From Lama glama (taxonomy: Eukaryota): a DNA stretch of 64,000 nucleotides. How positions within the stretch are numbered: the first letter of the stretch is position 1; every line of letters starts with the position of its first letter. The notes under the pieces were generated by a model. The model made no database searches. It saw only the letters and a list, made by a program, of their open reading frames with translations, and had not been told where the DNA came from. The DNA lies in the NCBI GenBank assembly GCA_028534125.1, contig CM052832.1, forward strand, positions 21,082,001 to 21,146,000, in the 5' to 3' direction. The position numbers and the translations under genes were made by a program. This document shows, one piece after another, positions 12,601 to 24,504 of this stretch.

Positions 12601-13957
12601 CGTCAAGGTATATGAAGTCTCCTATCACATTAAAGTCGTATCGCTACCACTTCATATGGATCCAGGACTTCCCTCCATCACTCCTGAACTTCTCCACTTG
12701 ACCAGAACGTACTCTGAGTTCTTTCAATTAAAACTAGGAAATCTAAGTATTGGTGTCTCTCTCCCAATGTTAGGGGGGAAATTAAAAGCAATCTTACATG
12801 AAATAAAAATGGTTACACTCTGAGAAATACTACTGGGAAGTGACAATTTTTAAGTCTGTTATAATGTAATTATGGCTCCTAGCATGAAAAGGGATTACTC
12901 TTAACTAAAACAGACAATTAAGAAGTAAAACTCTAGGCAGACCAAACACAAACCAAGCTGGCAGCGTTTCCCTACCTGAAGAGCACTGCTCCATCACTCT
13001 GGCTGTCCCATAATGCTTCAGCAAACTCACCAGTGAAATGAGATTGTTGTCAATGCCCATGCATTTAAAAGAGGACAGATATGTCACCTTATGCAAAACA
13101 TGGCACCATGTGATCAGAAAGACATTTAATCATTTGAAGCTGGATGATGAATGTCAGTAAATACTTTGGAACTGAGTGCCTCCAAAACAGACCATTTAAA
13201 ATGTTCCTGAAATGTTCCTGAAATGTACATCATACCCTCAACCGGTTTTTGCTTCTTCCGTAGTTCATGTTTAGAAAAGGACTTGGGATGCACCAAAGAC
13301 ATGTGAGTGACATCATGGTCGGACACACAGCACAGGGGATAAAAGACATAATGGACAAGAAGCACATCCATGCATTTTCCACGACTAGCCCCTGCATCCT
13401 GTCAATTGGAGAGCTCTTGCCTATGGGAACCTTTGTTACAGCTGCTATCAAAAGGACAAGGGGGGAAAAACCAGGTTTCTGGCTTTCACAGGAAAAGAAT
13501 GATTTCCAAATTATGACTTGAGAGCTCAAGAGAGGGAATGACTTATTCTTAGCAAATGTGAAACACATGGTTTTCTCCGAGGGTTTTTGTCCACCCTGCA
13601 CAGTTATTTCTGTTCTATGAAAGAGACAAATTATTAAGATTTAAACACAATATCCTTCAGAAGGTAACATACATTTCTGTCTAAAGCCAGAGCACCAAGG
13701 CTTTAAATAATAATGATTCCAAAGGCAAGTAGAGAAACGCTGCGCCCCTCACTCCCAAGGCCAGCAGAGCCGGGAAATGCAGCTGGGTGAATGCAGCAGT
13801 CCACAGCACTTCTGCCCAGTGCATCCATACCCAGAACGTGAAGAGAGAAACTTCAGCCAGTGGCCTCCCTGGGAAGCCTGGGGACCCAGCCATCCAGTGT
13901 AGGGCCGGGGGGGAGGAGGCTTTCTTGCCCTTTTGTCAGATTGCTTTCTCTTTATCC

Positions 13958-14048
13958 CAGTGGCTCTTACCCCCAGCTGTAGCATAGAATCATCTGGAAG
14001 GTTCAAGAGAACTCCCATCTCATCTGCATATAGAGTGGAGAGCCACTG
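13958..14048. mobile_element. Internally deleted MER5-type hAT-Charlie MITE (91 bp)
   Basis: Perfect 10-bp TIRs (cagtggctct...agagccactg), the MER5-like core tagaatcatctgg, and a degenerate 8-bp TSD (ctttatcc / ttctatcc). Confidence 0.75.
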
Positions 14049-15027
14049 TTCTATCCATCTGATTTCAGCCCCACTCACTCAGCATCAACCTTTATCACAC
14101 AGACACTTGAAACATTTGAGGTGATCAGGTTTTGGAGGAAGTCCAAGAGTCCCCCAGAGGAACATGAACACACTTTCCGTGATGTGCCAAGCCTCCTCCA
14201 GGCTGCTCTGTGCAGGCGCCCCAAGTACAGGAGGCTTGTACACCACATGGGGTGGGAGTCACAGCTCACTCCCAGAGAGTCTCTGGCCCTCCTCCACCCA
14301 CTGCCTCTCTAATGTGTCTTGAGGGAAGGCATGGGAAAGTTTCTCAGGAGGTCCTATCCAATCTCCTAGAAATCTAACCCAGGAAAGAGCTCTCTGCAGC
14401 GTCACTGTGATACAAATGCTTCTCACAGATACCTCAACCGTCAATCTTACCCTAAGCAAACATGCCACTAAGCAGAGCTAAGTACGTTCTCTGAACAATT
14501 CAAAGGATGTGACTGCAATGCCTGTTGACTGCACTTATCTTTTCTTATTACAGGAGCTGTACACGAGTATCCCTCAACACACACACCAGCTACCTGTTCT
14601 TCACTGCACCATTTCTCAGGTAATGCATGTTCATGGATATACTGGGGTAAGACTACCAGAACCTTAGAAAGAGCTAAGCCACAAAAAGCTCATTCACAGT
14701 TGTCCCATGCTATACAAACTCTTCATGTCTGGGAAGTCCACTCATTCACAGGTCAAAATCATCAACTGTGAAAGGGGTGTGGTGAAAGGTAGCCTCAGAT
14801 ATGAAGGTACAGCAACTTTAATGACAAATTTTTAAATTATAGAGGCAAAATGCAGTCTAAATTTCTAAGTTTAAAAATCAAGTCACTATATAGCCACATT
14901 AACTCCATCAATAGTACGTTGTTTTGCACATAACACAATCTTAAAATGTGATATTAGAAGTGGGAAGTCCATAAAATGAAGGCTCAGATATAGTAACAGC
15001 TGCTGTTCTTTGAAGGAGTGGTAGATA

Positions 15028-15235
15028 GGTACCAGACACTATGCTAAGTGCTTTGTATGTTTTATTCCCTTTAATTGCTTCAGCCTGATGGAAGAACTAG
15101 AGGGTCTCCATCTTACAGATGAGTAAACACGAACTCAATAAACAAAACAGTATGTCCGTGGTCAGCGAAACTAGAGGAAGGTTGAGCTGCGATTTGGATA
15201 GAAGTCTGGCTGACTTCAAGAGCCCTTAACCATTT
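15028..15235 (-). mobile_element. MIR SINE
   Basis: ccagacactatgctaagtgctttg...catcttacagatgag...cttaaccat matches the MIR reverse complement. Confidence 0.8.
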
Positions 15236-15339
15236 CTATGAACTACTACAGAATTTATCCTTTTAAAGTGAGCGATGTACTGAAATACCACTGCCACCAC
15301 CATTTCTAAAAAGGCTAAAAATCAAATAGAGTATTGATA

Positions 15340-15640
15340 ATGGAGTGGTGATGAGTATGGAGTTTGGAATCTTGTCTGTTATAAACTGACCAGAGACAAG
15401 TTACTGAACCTCTAAGCACCCTTCTCTTCTGCAGAATGAGAACAGCAAAGTCGACCAAAGAGCTGGGGAGATTAAATCAAACAGCAAGTTAAGACTCAGG
15501 GATTGTTCACTGTCTTCTCTCTCAGGCTCAGTTTTCTATTCTGTCAACCAGAGATAACAAACCATATCAAATCGCAGTGACAGAGGTCCTTAAAATGAAA
15601 AAAAAATTATAAAAATGAAAACGCTTTGAAAAGTGTAAAG
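15340..15640 (+). mobile_element. Degenerate MIR fragments
   Basis: caagttactgaacctctaag and ggctcagttttctattctgt resemble the MIR core. Confidence 0.5.
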
Positions 15641-15994
15641 TGATGTTTTAGAGAAATTGTGTTTCCGATCATTAGCACTTTTATGTTACTGAGTGAGTCC
15701 TGCCAGAAAGAAATGGTAAATTATCACTTAATTCACATTGAGGAGTGCCTATTTAAGTCTGAACTTTTGTTATTTTGCAAAGCAAATTATCCTGACTCAT
15801 TTGTTTCTCAACTCTGAATTGTCTATTTGACTTGGCATTGCCTTGGTTTTGATTCTTGTGCTTCAACAAGTCTTAAGTACCCATTAAGTGCACAGGCCCA
15901 TAGGGAATATAAAAATTTGAAAGGTTTCTTACCCTTGAGGAAGGTATAATATATGGTGGGGTTTTCTTAAAGTAGGCACACATAAAATGTGTGG

Positions 15995-16380
15995 GTTACC
16001 AACAGTTAGGACTGGAGAAAGGGTGTGACTATTAAAAAGTAGTAAAGGCAATTCCTTTGTGGTGAGAAACAATTAGTTCTGTTCCCTGACTATGGTGATG
16101 GTTGCTTGAATATGTAAGGATGGTAAAATCTCATAGAATTATGTATCCCCCACCAAAGAAATCCTATAAAAACTGCATACAAAAAGACGCATACAAAAAT
16201 CAAACAAGCTCTCTATCTGAGTTAATAGTACTGTACCAACGTCAGTTTCCTGGTTTGGGCAGTGCACTAGTTATGTAAGATTATCGCTGGGAGAAACTGG
16301 GTGATGATCACACAGGAACTTTAACAATATCACTGCAATTTCTTATGAGTCAAGCTACATAAAAACAAAAAGCACCTTTT
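15995..16380 (+). mobile_element. Old L1MC-like 3' end
   Basis: tactgtaccaacgtcagtttcctggtttg...gttatgtaagattatc...gggagaaactgggtga parallels the element ending near 1098. Confidence 0.75.
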
Positions 16381-16399
16381 TAAAAAAAGGATGAGGAAG

Positions 16400-16690
16400 T
16401 TACCTATAAACTATGTGGAAAGATCTAAGATATATGGTTAATTAAAAAAAAAAGGAAGGTACTTCACAACATAATATGCTACCTTTTGTGAAAAAGCAGG
16501 AAGGACAGAAATGGTACTCATATTTCCTTCTGGAGCCTAAGGACTAAGGAAGGATACATGAGAAACTAAGAACAGTGGTTTCCTGTGGGGGCTAAAAAGG
16601 AGGAACTTGATACATGAGGCACCAAGATGGGAGCTTTTTCTACTTTTCGGGTTTTGAATTATGCAAATGTATTATTCAAAACAGTAAACC
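16400..16690 (+). mobile_element. L1ME-like 3' end
   Basis: ggaaagatctaagatatat...ggaaggatacatgagaaactaagaacagtggtttcct is typical of ancient L1ME ends. Confidence 0.6.
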
Positions 16691-16964
16691 AAAAGACAGA
16701 AATTTTAAAATGATAGTAATCATTGATAATATCAATATTAAAATTAAATTTGTCATTAAACTGTTCTTTACTGAACAATTTACATATATTATTTTTCAAC
16801 CTCAAAACAAAAACCAAAGCGTCTGAGACTCAAGTTTTGGTGTTTTTTTTTTTTTTTTTTTTTTTTGGAGAGGGTAAAAACAAGACTCAAGAGTAGTTTT
16901 TTAAACGTTTGCTAAGCCTATGGTCTTTATAATCAACTCCTTATGTAAGGTTTGTGGAACATGT

Positions 16965-17265
16965 CCTGCTGCTTCTTGTCTCAGTGCCCTTGAGCATGGC
17001 TTTTTCTCTCCCTCAGACCACCAAACACCATTCTCACCCTACCTTGCCTGGAAAAACTCCTATTCAACCTTCAAAACCAAGCTCCCACCTAGTTATTTTC
17101 TCCTAGCCTCTTTCTTCAAGAGAATGAAGTCTCCTCTTACTTCTTATTATCTCATAGGTTAAGCGTACCTTAAAAGTTACCATTAGTCCTTAAATGTCTT
17201 CAAAACCCCAACATCTAGCAAAGTGTATGGCAACTAAAACTGTTGCTCAATGAATGTTTCTTCAA
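16965..17265 (+). mobile_element. L2 3' fragment
   Basis: Contains aactcctattcaaccttcaaaaccaagctc and the L2 tail tctagcaaagtgtatggca...gctcaatgaatgttt. Confidence 0.65.
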
Positions 17266-17844
17266 CTATAATAAACATTTTAAACCTCACCATGAGCATT
17301 AAGAATTAAGACCTCATTAAGAAAATCATTCCTTTGCTAACACAAGTAAATAAAGGTAGGTATTTTTAAATCAAAGTGGCTATAAGTACTTTCAAAACCC
17401 CCAATATCTTCTATTAAGAGGAATCTCTTTACAAGTGGACTAAGAAGGTATTCCTTACAAACTCTTTAATAACAATTTCTGAGTGAGGCTGATTCCTAAT
17501 ATAGACTTCTGGTAATTTCTTTTCAATACAGGAATTCACAGAGAAGTAATAACACCATTTATAAAAATATATTAAAGTATTTAATATTCTTAAGCATGGT
17601 CTTCTTGAATTTCATTTTCTATGAAATGTGCTCACCTTTAAAGGTGAAATAAAGATCATTATGTTCATTAGACTCCTTGGTCCTTTGGTGTTGAACTTCT
17701 TAACCACTCTGTCATCATTTAATACGGCCTGGGTTTCTAGACAGAAACACACAACTTCTAATTATACATGTCAAAAAGAATCTGTCCTCCAGAGAATGTT
17801 TCCCACATGGCTCATAAGTTAGATCAACTGAAAAGCATCAAGTC

Positions 17845-18028
17845 AGTACAACATGGTGGTCAAACACATAAGGTCTGAAGTCATATGCCTGGGTTTGAGT
17901 CCTGCTCTGCCAATTCCTAACTGTGTTCTCAGTCAAGTTAACTTCAGCATCTTACTTTCCTCCTTTGTAAAATGAGGTTATGCTGGTATCAAATACATTG
18001 AGATGTTGGGACGGTCAAATAAACTGTA
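17845..18028 (+). mobile_element. MIR SINE running into the assembly gap
   Basis: tgcctgggtttgagtcctgctctgcca...caagttaac...ttcctcctttgtaaaatgagg. Confidence 0.8.
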
Positions 18029-18528
18029 NNNNNNNNNNNNNNNNNNNNNNNNNNNNNNNNNNNNNNNNNNNNNNNNNNNNNNNNNNNNNNNNNNNNNNNN
18101 NNNNNNNNNNNNNNNNNNNNNNNNNNNNNNNNNNNNNNNNNNNNNNNNNNNNNNNNNNNNNNNNNNNNNNNNNNNNNNNNNNNNNNNNNNNNNNNNNNNN
18201 NNNNNNNNNNNNNNNNNNNNNNNNNNNNNNNNNNNNNNNNNNNNNNNNNNNNNNNNNNNNNNNNNNNNNNNNNNNNNNNNNNNNNNNNNNNNNNNNNNNN
18301 NNNNNNNNNNNNNNNNNNNNNNNNNNNNNNNNNNNNNNNNNNNNNNNNNNNNNNNNNNNNNNNNNNNNNNNNNNNNNNNNNNNNNNNNNNNNNNNNNNNN
18401 NNNNNNNNNNNNNNNNNNNNNNNNNNNNNNNNNNNNNNNNNNNNNNNNNNNNNNNNNNNNNNNNNNNNNNNNNNNNNNNNNNNNNNNNNNNNNNNNNNNN
18501 NNNNNNNNNNNNNNNNNNNNNNNNNNNN
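18029..18528. other. Assembly gap, exactly 500 N
   Basis: Run of N. The round length suggests a placeholder scaffold gap of unknown true size. Confidence 0.99.
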
Positions 18529-18920
18529 TATACATACAATGGAATATCATTCAATTTCAAAAAAGGAAATTCTGATACATGTTACAACGTGGAGGAGCCT
18601 TGAGAACGTTCTGCTAAGGGAAATCAGCCAGTCACAAAAAACAAGCATGCAGGATTCCACTGTAGGATTCTAGAGCTCTACTGAGGTCTCTAGAATAGAG
18701 AATTTCATAGAAACAGAAAGTAGAATGGTGATTTCCAGAGCCTAGGGGAGGGCAGAATTGGGAGTTAATGTTTAATCATAAGGAGTTTCAGCTTGAGAAG
18801 ATGAAAAAGTTCTGGCAATGGATGGTGGTGATGGTTGCACAAGACGAGTACTTAATACCACTGAACTGTACATGAAACATGGTTAAAATGGTAAATCTTA
18901 TGTATCTTTTACCACAAAAA
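18529..18920 (+). mobile_element. L1MB-like 3' end
   Basis: tacatacaatggaatat...aatcagccagtcacaaaa...gatgaaaaagttctggcaatggatggtggtgatggttgcacaa...ttttaccacaa. Confidence 0.9.
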
Positions 18921-21604
18921 GCTATTATTGAGGCCCTCCAACACATACAGAGGAAAAGGAGGAACAGGTAGGTATCAGTGAACTTGGATTAAAACAGTTA
19001 ATCTAGATAATTCTGAGCAAAAGAGACCTTAACGAACTATCAACACTGTCTTAACTTTTTTGTTTTAAAGCTGCCCTTTGTTTTACCTGAAGAGACTTCA
19101 CTTTAGTATAAAAATAGGCTAAAAATTAGCCTCCAAAAAATTAAAAGGAAAAATATTCAAACTCTACTCATATTCCAAGTCTCAGTCATGTAGCACACAA
19201 GTTCTGTTGGATAGCCTTGGTATCCAGCAGAGAAGCAATGGTGAAAGTTACAGGATCTGAAGCTACAATCTCAAAATGGAACCTGAGCCATCCATCATCT
19301 TTACTGTCAAAGCAAAACGTAACAAACTTCCCTTAGGTTAATCCTATTAAGATCTAACACTGTTATCCTTTTTAAGTGCAAATACATAAAATTAAGATCA
19401 TAAGGACCAAGAAGCAGCCTGGTTCTGCCACTTCAATATCCATTTCTTGGGCCATATGGACATGATATGAATATGGATACAACTATTTGCTTCTGGTATT
19501 TCATGTTGTCTTTCCCTTTACCCTTCCCTGCGGCCTCCCTTATTGAAATGTTATACTACCTTGCTACCAAAGAGCTTTTAAGGTAAGAAGAGCTCTTTGG
19601 AAGTAAGGAAGATCAGTCACACTACTCCCACATCCCCCATGACACACCTTCAGTGACAGAAGTTTCCAAGAAGAGCCCTTCTCTAATGACTCTGGAAAGT
19701 CAGCCTGCTGCAAATCTGACCATCTATTTCTTCCGAAACACTCAATAAAAGTTAACTGGGCAAATTATCTTTCTCCCTAGAAAACAGCAGACACATACGT
19801 TGTTAATGGGATCTCAAGACTGAAGAGAAACAGAAAATCAATGATTTCATGGGCAAAAAGATAGACAGGACAGCTGACAGGCCTGCATAGGTTTTAATAA
19901 AGCAGATGTTTTACTACGGCAGGTTACAGTTAGTCATTTTTATAATAAATAAATATAAAACAGAAGGTAGTGTGATATACAATTGTTAAATTTGGGGAGT
20001 GCTAGAATCAGCTCATGAGCAGTCTAGCAGGTCTTTAATTCACGTGTCTGCGTGAAACAAAATCTACTTGGTAGAATCAACCCCCAGGCATTTATGTACT
20101 CATCTGATATAGTATGATCTGGAATGATAAACAAAAAATTTCAATAAATTTGAATTATTTTTCTGACTCTTCAAAGGTAAGGTATTTATTTCATCCTAAT
20201 AAATTCTGCTGGAATTAAAAACAGGTGCATATGAGTCTCTGGTAACACTGGCAGTGAGTTTGCCTATCAACAAAACCCAGAAATTTTCTAATCACATCGA
20301 TCATAAATTGTAACCACATGAAAAATACCTCTTTTCCTATTTTTACCATTTCCTAGTGAGAAACACTTTTTTAAAAGGTATAAGAATCGGATCTTCAAGG
20401 CCAACACTTCCATAACCTGTAGTGCAGTCATGAGAGCACAAAAAGGTGGGGGAAATACAGAAATGTTTATTTCCCGAAAAGGCACATTAGTCAACCGTGA
20501 CCAATCAGATTTTAAACGTCTGCTGTCAGTTAAGAATAAATTCCTGAATTGATTAAATTTTTCTCCCATTTTGAACGATGAAATTGGGTCTTTATTTCTG
20601 CCACGTCTAACATCAGCAAGGAGAAGTAAAAGAGCATGAAATCAAATAAGCACTGGTGTCAAGAAAAACGTACCTCCTCCCCTATTTTTTTATTGGAAAA
20701 ATAAAGTTTGTTTTCCAGTAAGATAGTTCATTAAAAAAAAAATCTGTTTCTACTCAAGGCTAGAGTTCTATTTATTTTTAAAACGAGGCACACGAAACCT
20801 CCCAAGTGCAACCCAGATTTACATCTGGCTAATCCTCCACATGTGACCCACCAAGTTCATGCTGTTTATTGCTAATGAGTTCTGTGATTTTTGGATAACA
20901 CGTGTAAGAGATAGCAGATTAACCACTGCTAGTCAGCAGCAAGCAAGCAAAAGAGGTCTCGGGAAGCTAGTATGAGCAAATCCTGCAAGTCAATTTCTAA
21001 TCACACTTGCCAGAAATTTAGGGGTGGCGAGAGGGAGGCGATAAACCCTGCCAAGAAAAATCAGTGGCAGGACTTGTTTCCCTTTCCTTTTTCCATGGAA
21101 TATTTCAACATTCAACCAACAAATACTGCTCAATCTTTCCTTTCGGTAACTTCAAAACTGCAAGGAAGTCTCTGGTTCCATTGATCATATTAGAAAAATT
21201 GAAATGCCCCATGCTGCAAGATATAATCTCAGGCTATGTGAGTTTCTTTCCTGGAGCTATATCCCCTTACATAAAGAGAATCACAGAGGTGAGAGGTGGT
21301 GTCATTTGTGTGCTATAAAAATACAGTCTTCTCCCAACACACCTACAGATGAGTAGACAAACCATAATTAAAGCCCCTCACCTAGAACTGGCCAGAAATA
21401 CTGTGCAACAGATCAGCACCAGCTGAAAACAAAAACCAAAAAAGTGAGAGATTGGCACAAAAAAACACTTCCCCAAATCAGGTGTCTAACAAACCCAACA
21501 GTTCGAAAAGCACTACTCATTTAAGGGTAAGATCCCTACAAGTACAAGCTTCCAGGGTATCTTCACTTTCTCATCTGAATCCCAAACCAAACCTAAGTTT
21601 TTCC

Positions 21605-21802
21605 TAGTAGTTCTAAACCATAGGCTGCAATTAGAATCATCTGAAGAGCCTTCACACCATTGGGACGCTGGGTCCCACCCCATTCTTCTCTTACATCCAC
21701 CTCAATTGAAACTGGAATCTCTTGAAGTCAGACCAGGTGAGCAGTGTTTCTTAAAAGCCTCCCAGGTGATTCCAATGCACAGCCAGGAAATGAGAGCCAC
21801 AG
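21605..21802. mobile_element. MER5-type hAT-Charlie MITE
   Basis: ggctgcaattagaatcatctg...aaaagcctcccaggtgattccaatgcacagcca...gagagccacag. Confidence 0.8.
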
Positions 21803-22045
21803 CTTTAGAACTGTGCTCCTGACAAAAGCAGCTAGGTTCTCCATCAAATTCAATGCGACGGTAGCTGGCTGTCCTGTTCCAGAAAGCTCTGGTCATTACT
21901 TCCACTCCTGCTACCATCACCATACGCACCTTCCAACAAAGGAGCAGGCTGAGTTTGAAACTCTCCACAGCTACAGGTGGGAGCAGGCTTGGGGCAAGGC
22001 CATGAAACACTCAGCTCCATTCCTGGGAACGAAAAAGCTAAAACC

Positions 22046-22195
22046 TGGGGAGTGGGAGGTACAAACTACTGGGTGTAAGATAGGCTCCAAGATGTATCGT
22101 ACAATACGGAGGAATATAGCCAATATTTTGTACTAACTACTGGAAAACAACCTTTTAAATCGTATTAAAAATAAAAATTTTAAAGAAAACAAAAT
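22046..22195 (+). mobile_element. Short L1 3' end
   Basis: gggagtgggaggtacaaactactgggtgtaagataggct...gaatatagccaatattttgta followed by an A-rich tail. Confidence 0.8.
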
Positions 22196-22199
22196 AAAG

Positions 22200-23141
22200 A
22201 GCAAAAAATTCCCATTTCTCTCTATTCACCCAACACTTTTGATATCAAACGTATGGGTTTTTTTTTTTCACACCAAGCAATTTTCCATTTCTCAATGGAC
22301 ATGAAGTAAGTGTCCTTCAACTTAATTCAATTCTGACACTAACTGCCCAAAGTTTACACAGACCTCACTAGTTCAGGGGTGTCTCACAAGGCTGCCCCCC
22401 TCCGCAGATGCCCACGGCAAGTCCAGGCTGTGGCCTGTACTTCTGACCCGCCGCCTAGAAGCAGAGGTTCCCACGGCCCCCTCCTCAGGTTCCACAATTT
22501 TACTAGAATGGCTCACAGAACTCAGGAAAACAGTTCACTTACCGAATTACTGGTTTATCATACAGGATACGACTCAGGAACAGCCAAAAGGAAGAAACGC
22601 ATACAGCTAGGTGTCTAGTTCTTCCAAACCGCCTCAGAGGACGCCAACCTCCCACCACCTCCGTGTACTCAACCCAGCTGCTCGCCGACCCCCTTCTTAT
22701 AGGCTTCAGGACGCCGCCTTACGTCAGCACGCCTTACGGCAGCACGGCAGCACGGTTGATTAGCTCATTGGCTACAGGTGCTGAGCCCAACCTCCAGCAC
22801 CAATCTCCGGCCCGGGAGGTCAGGGGGTGGGGCTAAAAGTACCTATCCTCTAATCAGAAGGTTCGTTCCCTTGGCAACCCGCCTCCACAGTTAGGGGCTT
22901 TCCAAAATCACCTCATTGAAGTAAACTCAGCACTGGCTGAAAGGGGCTTGTTTTGAATAACAAAAGGTGGTCTTTTTCACCTTCAGCACTGTTTCAGAAG
23001 CTCAGGACAATAACCAAATTTTAGAACAAAATGCTCCTATTGCTCTTATCTTAGGAAACTACCAAGGTTTTAGGTAGTTTCCTTTGTCTCCTCTGGCCAG
23101 GAGCCGGAGACAAAGACCCAAAAATTTGTTATTGTATCACA
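22200..23141 (-). mobile_element. MER21-family solo LTR
   Basis: Diagnostic MER21 tracts aattcaattctgacactaactgccc, ctagaatggctcacagaactcaggaaaaca and ctggctgaaaggggcttg. It ends in tatcaca, which is TGTGATA on the - strand. Confidence 0.8.
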
Positions 23142-23262
23142 GCAGTCCAGGTAGAAGGGCACCATCTTATGTATTTTGAGGGTCTCGGATATGTTGCTAT
23201 GTGTTAAACACAAAGGCAAAACAGAGTATGTAGAGAGCATAACATTTTGGTTTCCTTTGGAC

Positions 23263-23430
23263 CAGTGGTTCTCTTAACTCCACCAGATATCAGAACCACC
23301 TGGAGGTCTTGTTAAACCACCCCTCACCCCGAGTTTCCAGATCCAGTCCATTTAGGGTAAAGTCCCAACAATTTGCATTTCTAACAAGTTCGCAGGTGAT
23401 GCTAGTGCTGTTGGCCTCACCAAACTTCCG
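23263..23430. mobile_element. MER5A-like MITE
   Basis: cagtggttctc...atcagaaccacctggaggtcttgttaaa...aatttgcatttctaacaagttcgcaggtgatgct. Confidence 0.85.
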
Positions 23431-23464
23431 GCACCTACAAACATTCAAAATACCAAAGACTGCT

Positions 23465-23757
23465 TTTATTTTAATTTTTTCTTTTTCATGTTTCCCTCCA
23501 GTTTTATCAAGATAAAATTAACATACAGCCCTGTACAAGTTTAACGTGGACAGTGTAATGATTTGACTTACATATATTGTGAAATGATTATCACAGTAAG
23601 TTTACTTAACATCCATTTAACATCCACCATCTCATAGCGGTACCAAGAAAAAAAAAGAGAAAAAAAAATTTTTTTCCTTGAGATCTACCTTAAAAACTTC
23701 TAAATATACCAGACAGCAATGTTAACTATAGTCATCATGTTCTACATTATATCCCCT
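23465..23757 (-). mobile_element. L1MA-like 3' end
   Basis: T-rich start, then tacatatattgtgaaatgattatcacagtaagttta...aactatagtcatcatgttctacattatatcccc. Confidence 0.85.
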
Positions 23758-24111
23758 AAGAGATTTGTTTTTGCAGAATCTGTCTTTAAAATAAGAATAT
23801 TGAACATTGACTAGACATTTGATATAAAGGAATTATTGCTACCTATTGTTTCAGGTGTAAAAAAATGTTGTAGCTATGTTTTAAAAAACAAGAAGTTCTT
23901 AAGAGACACACAATGGGGGAAAAAAAAACACGTAAACATTACAGACAGAGTAGCCATCTGTCATGTACCCTGCCATCTTCCTCATGGACAACCCTTGTCT
24001 TGAAGGTAAGATTTCCCATCCCCATTATGTTTTATATCGTTCCAACATGCATGTATTGAATGCATAAAAATAAAACCATTGTGAGATTAACATACATACA
24101 CGCATACATGT

Positions 24112-24285
24112 AACATAAACAACAAGGACCCACTGTATGGCACAGGGAACTATATTCAATATCTTGTAATAACCTATCATGGAAAAGAATCTAAAATGTA
24201 TATATATGACTGAATCACTGTGCCGTACATCTGAAACTAACACAACATTGCAAATCACCTATAATTCAATGGGAAAAAAATGATA
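24112..24285 (+). mobile_element. Cetartiodactyl-type L1 3' end
   Basis: aacaaggacccactgtatggcacagggaactatattcaatatcttgtaataacctat...gaaactaacacaacattg. Confidence 0.9.
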
Positions 24286-24460
24286 AAATAATAGCATACA
24301 CAAGAAACTAAAACAAATAAAAGCAAAATGGAGAAGACCCAAGGGAGTGGGGACCATTTGGATCTTTGGGGCAGCCCAGAAGAGAGTAAGCAACAAGCAG
24401 TAGCCACCAAGGGAGTCAGGGATTTATCTGGAAATCTTCCCCATCCAGAAAGTCTCTTAC

Positions 24461-24504
24461 CTGAATATGCTGGGTGTAGACGCTTCTGCTGTCACCTGAG
24501 AGTA
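24461..24504 (-). other. Candidate 44-nt exon of the inferred - strand host gene
   Basis: On the - strand: acceptor cttttgactccctttccttttctttcctag and donor CAG|gtaaga. No product recognised. Confidence 0.3.

Noticed and set aside
13140..13226. ATGATGA...CTGA pattern like a C/D snoRNA
   Set aside because: No C' box or good terminal stem and no convincing rRNA guide. It is on the opposite strand to the inferred host, and the last CTGAs come from an 11-bp tandem repeat (aaatgttcctg).
17632..17647. Perfect 16-bp palindrome tcacctttaaaggtga
   Set aside because: About one such palindrome is expected by chance in 64 kb (4^-8 per position), and it is not the T-box palindrome.
17978..18603. Four long ORFs in the track
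   Set aside because: Artefacts of translating through the N gap.
20347..20416. Possible 70-nt - strand exon with a good pyrimidine tract
   Set aside because: Weak donor (ATG|gtaaaa) and no recognisable product.
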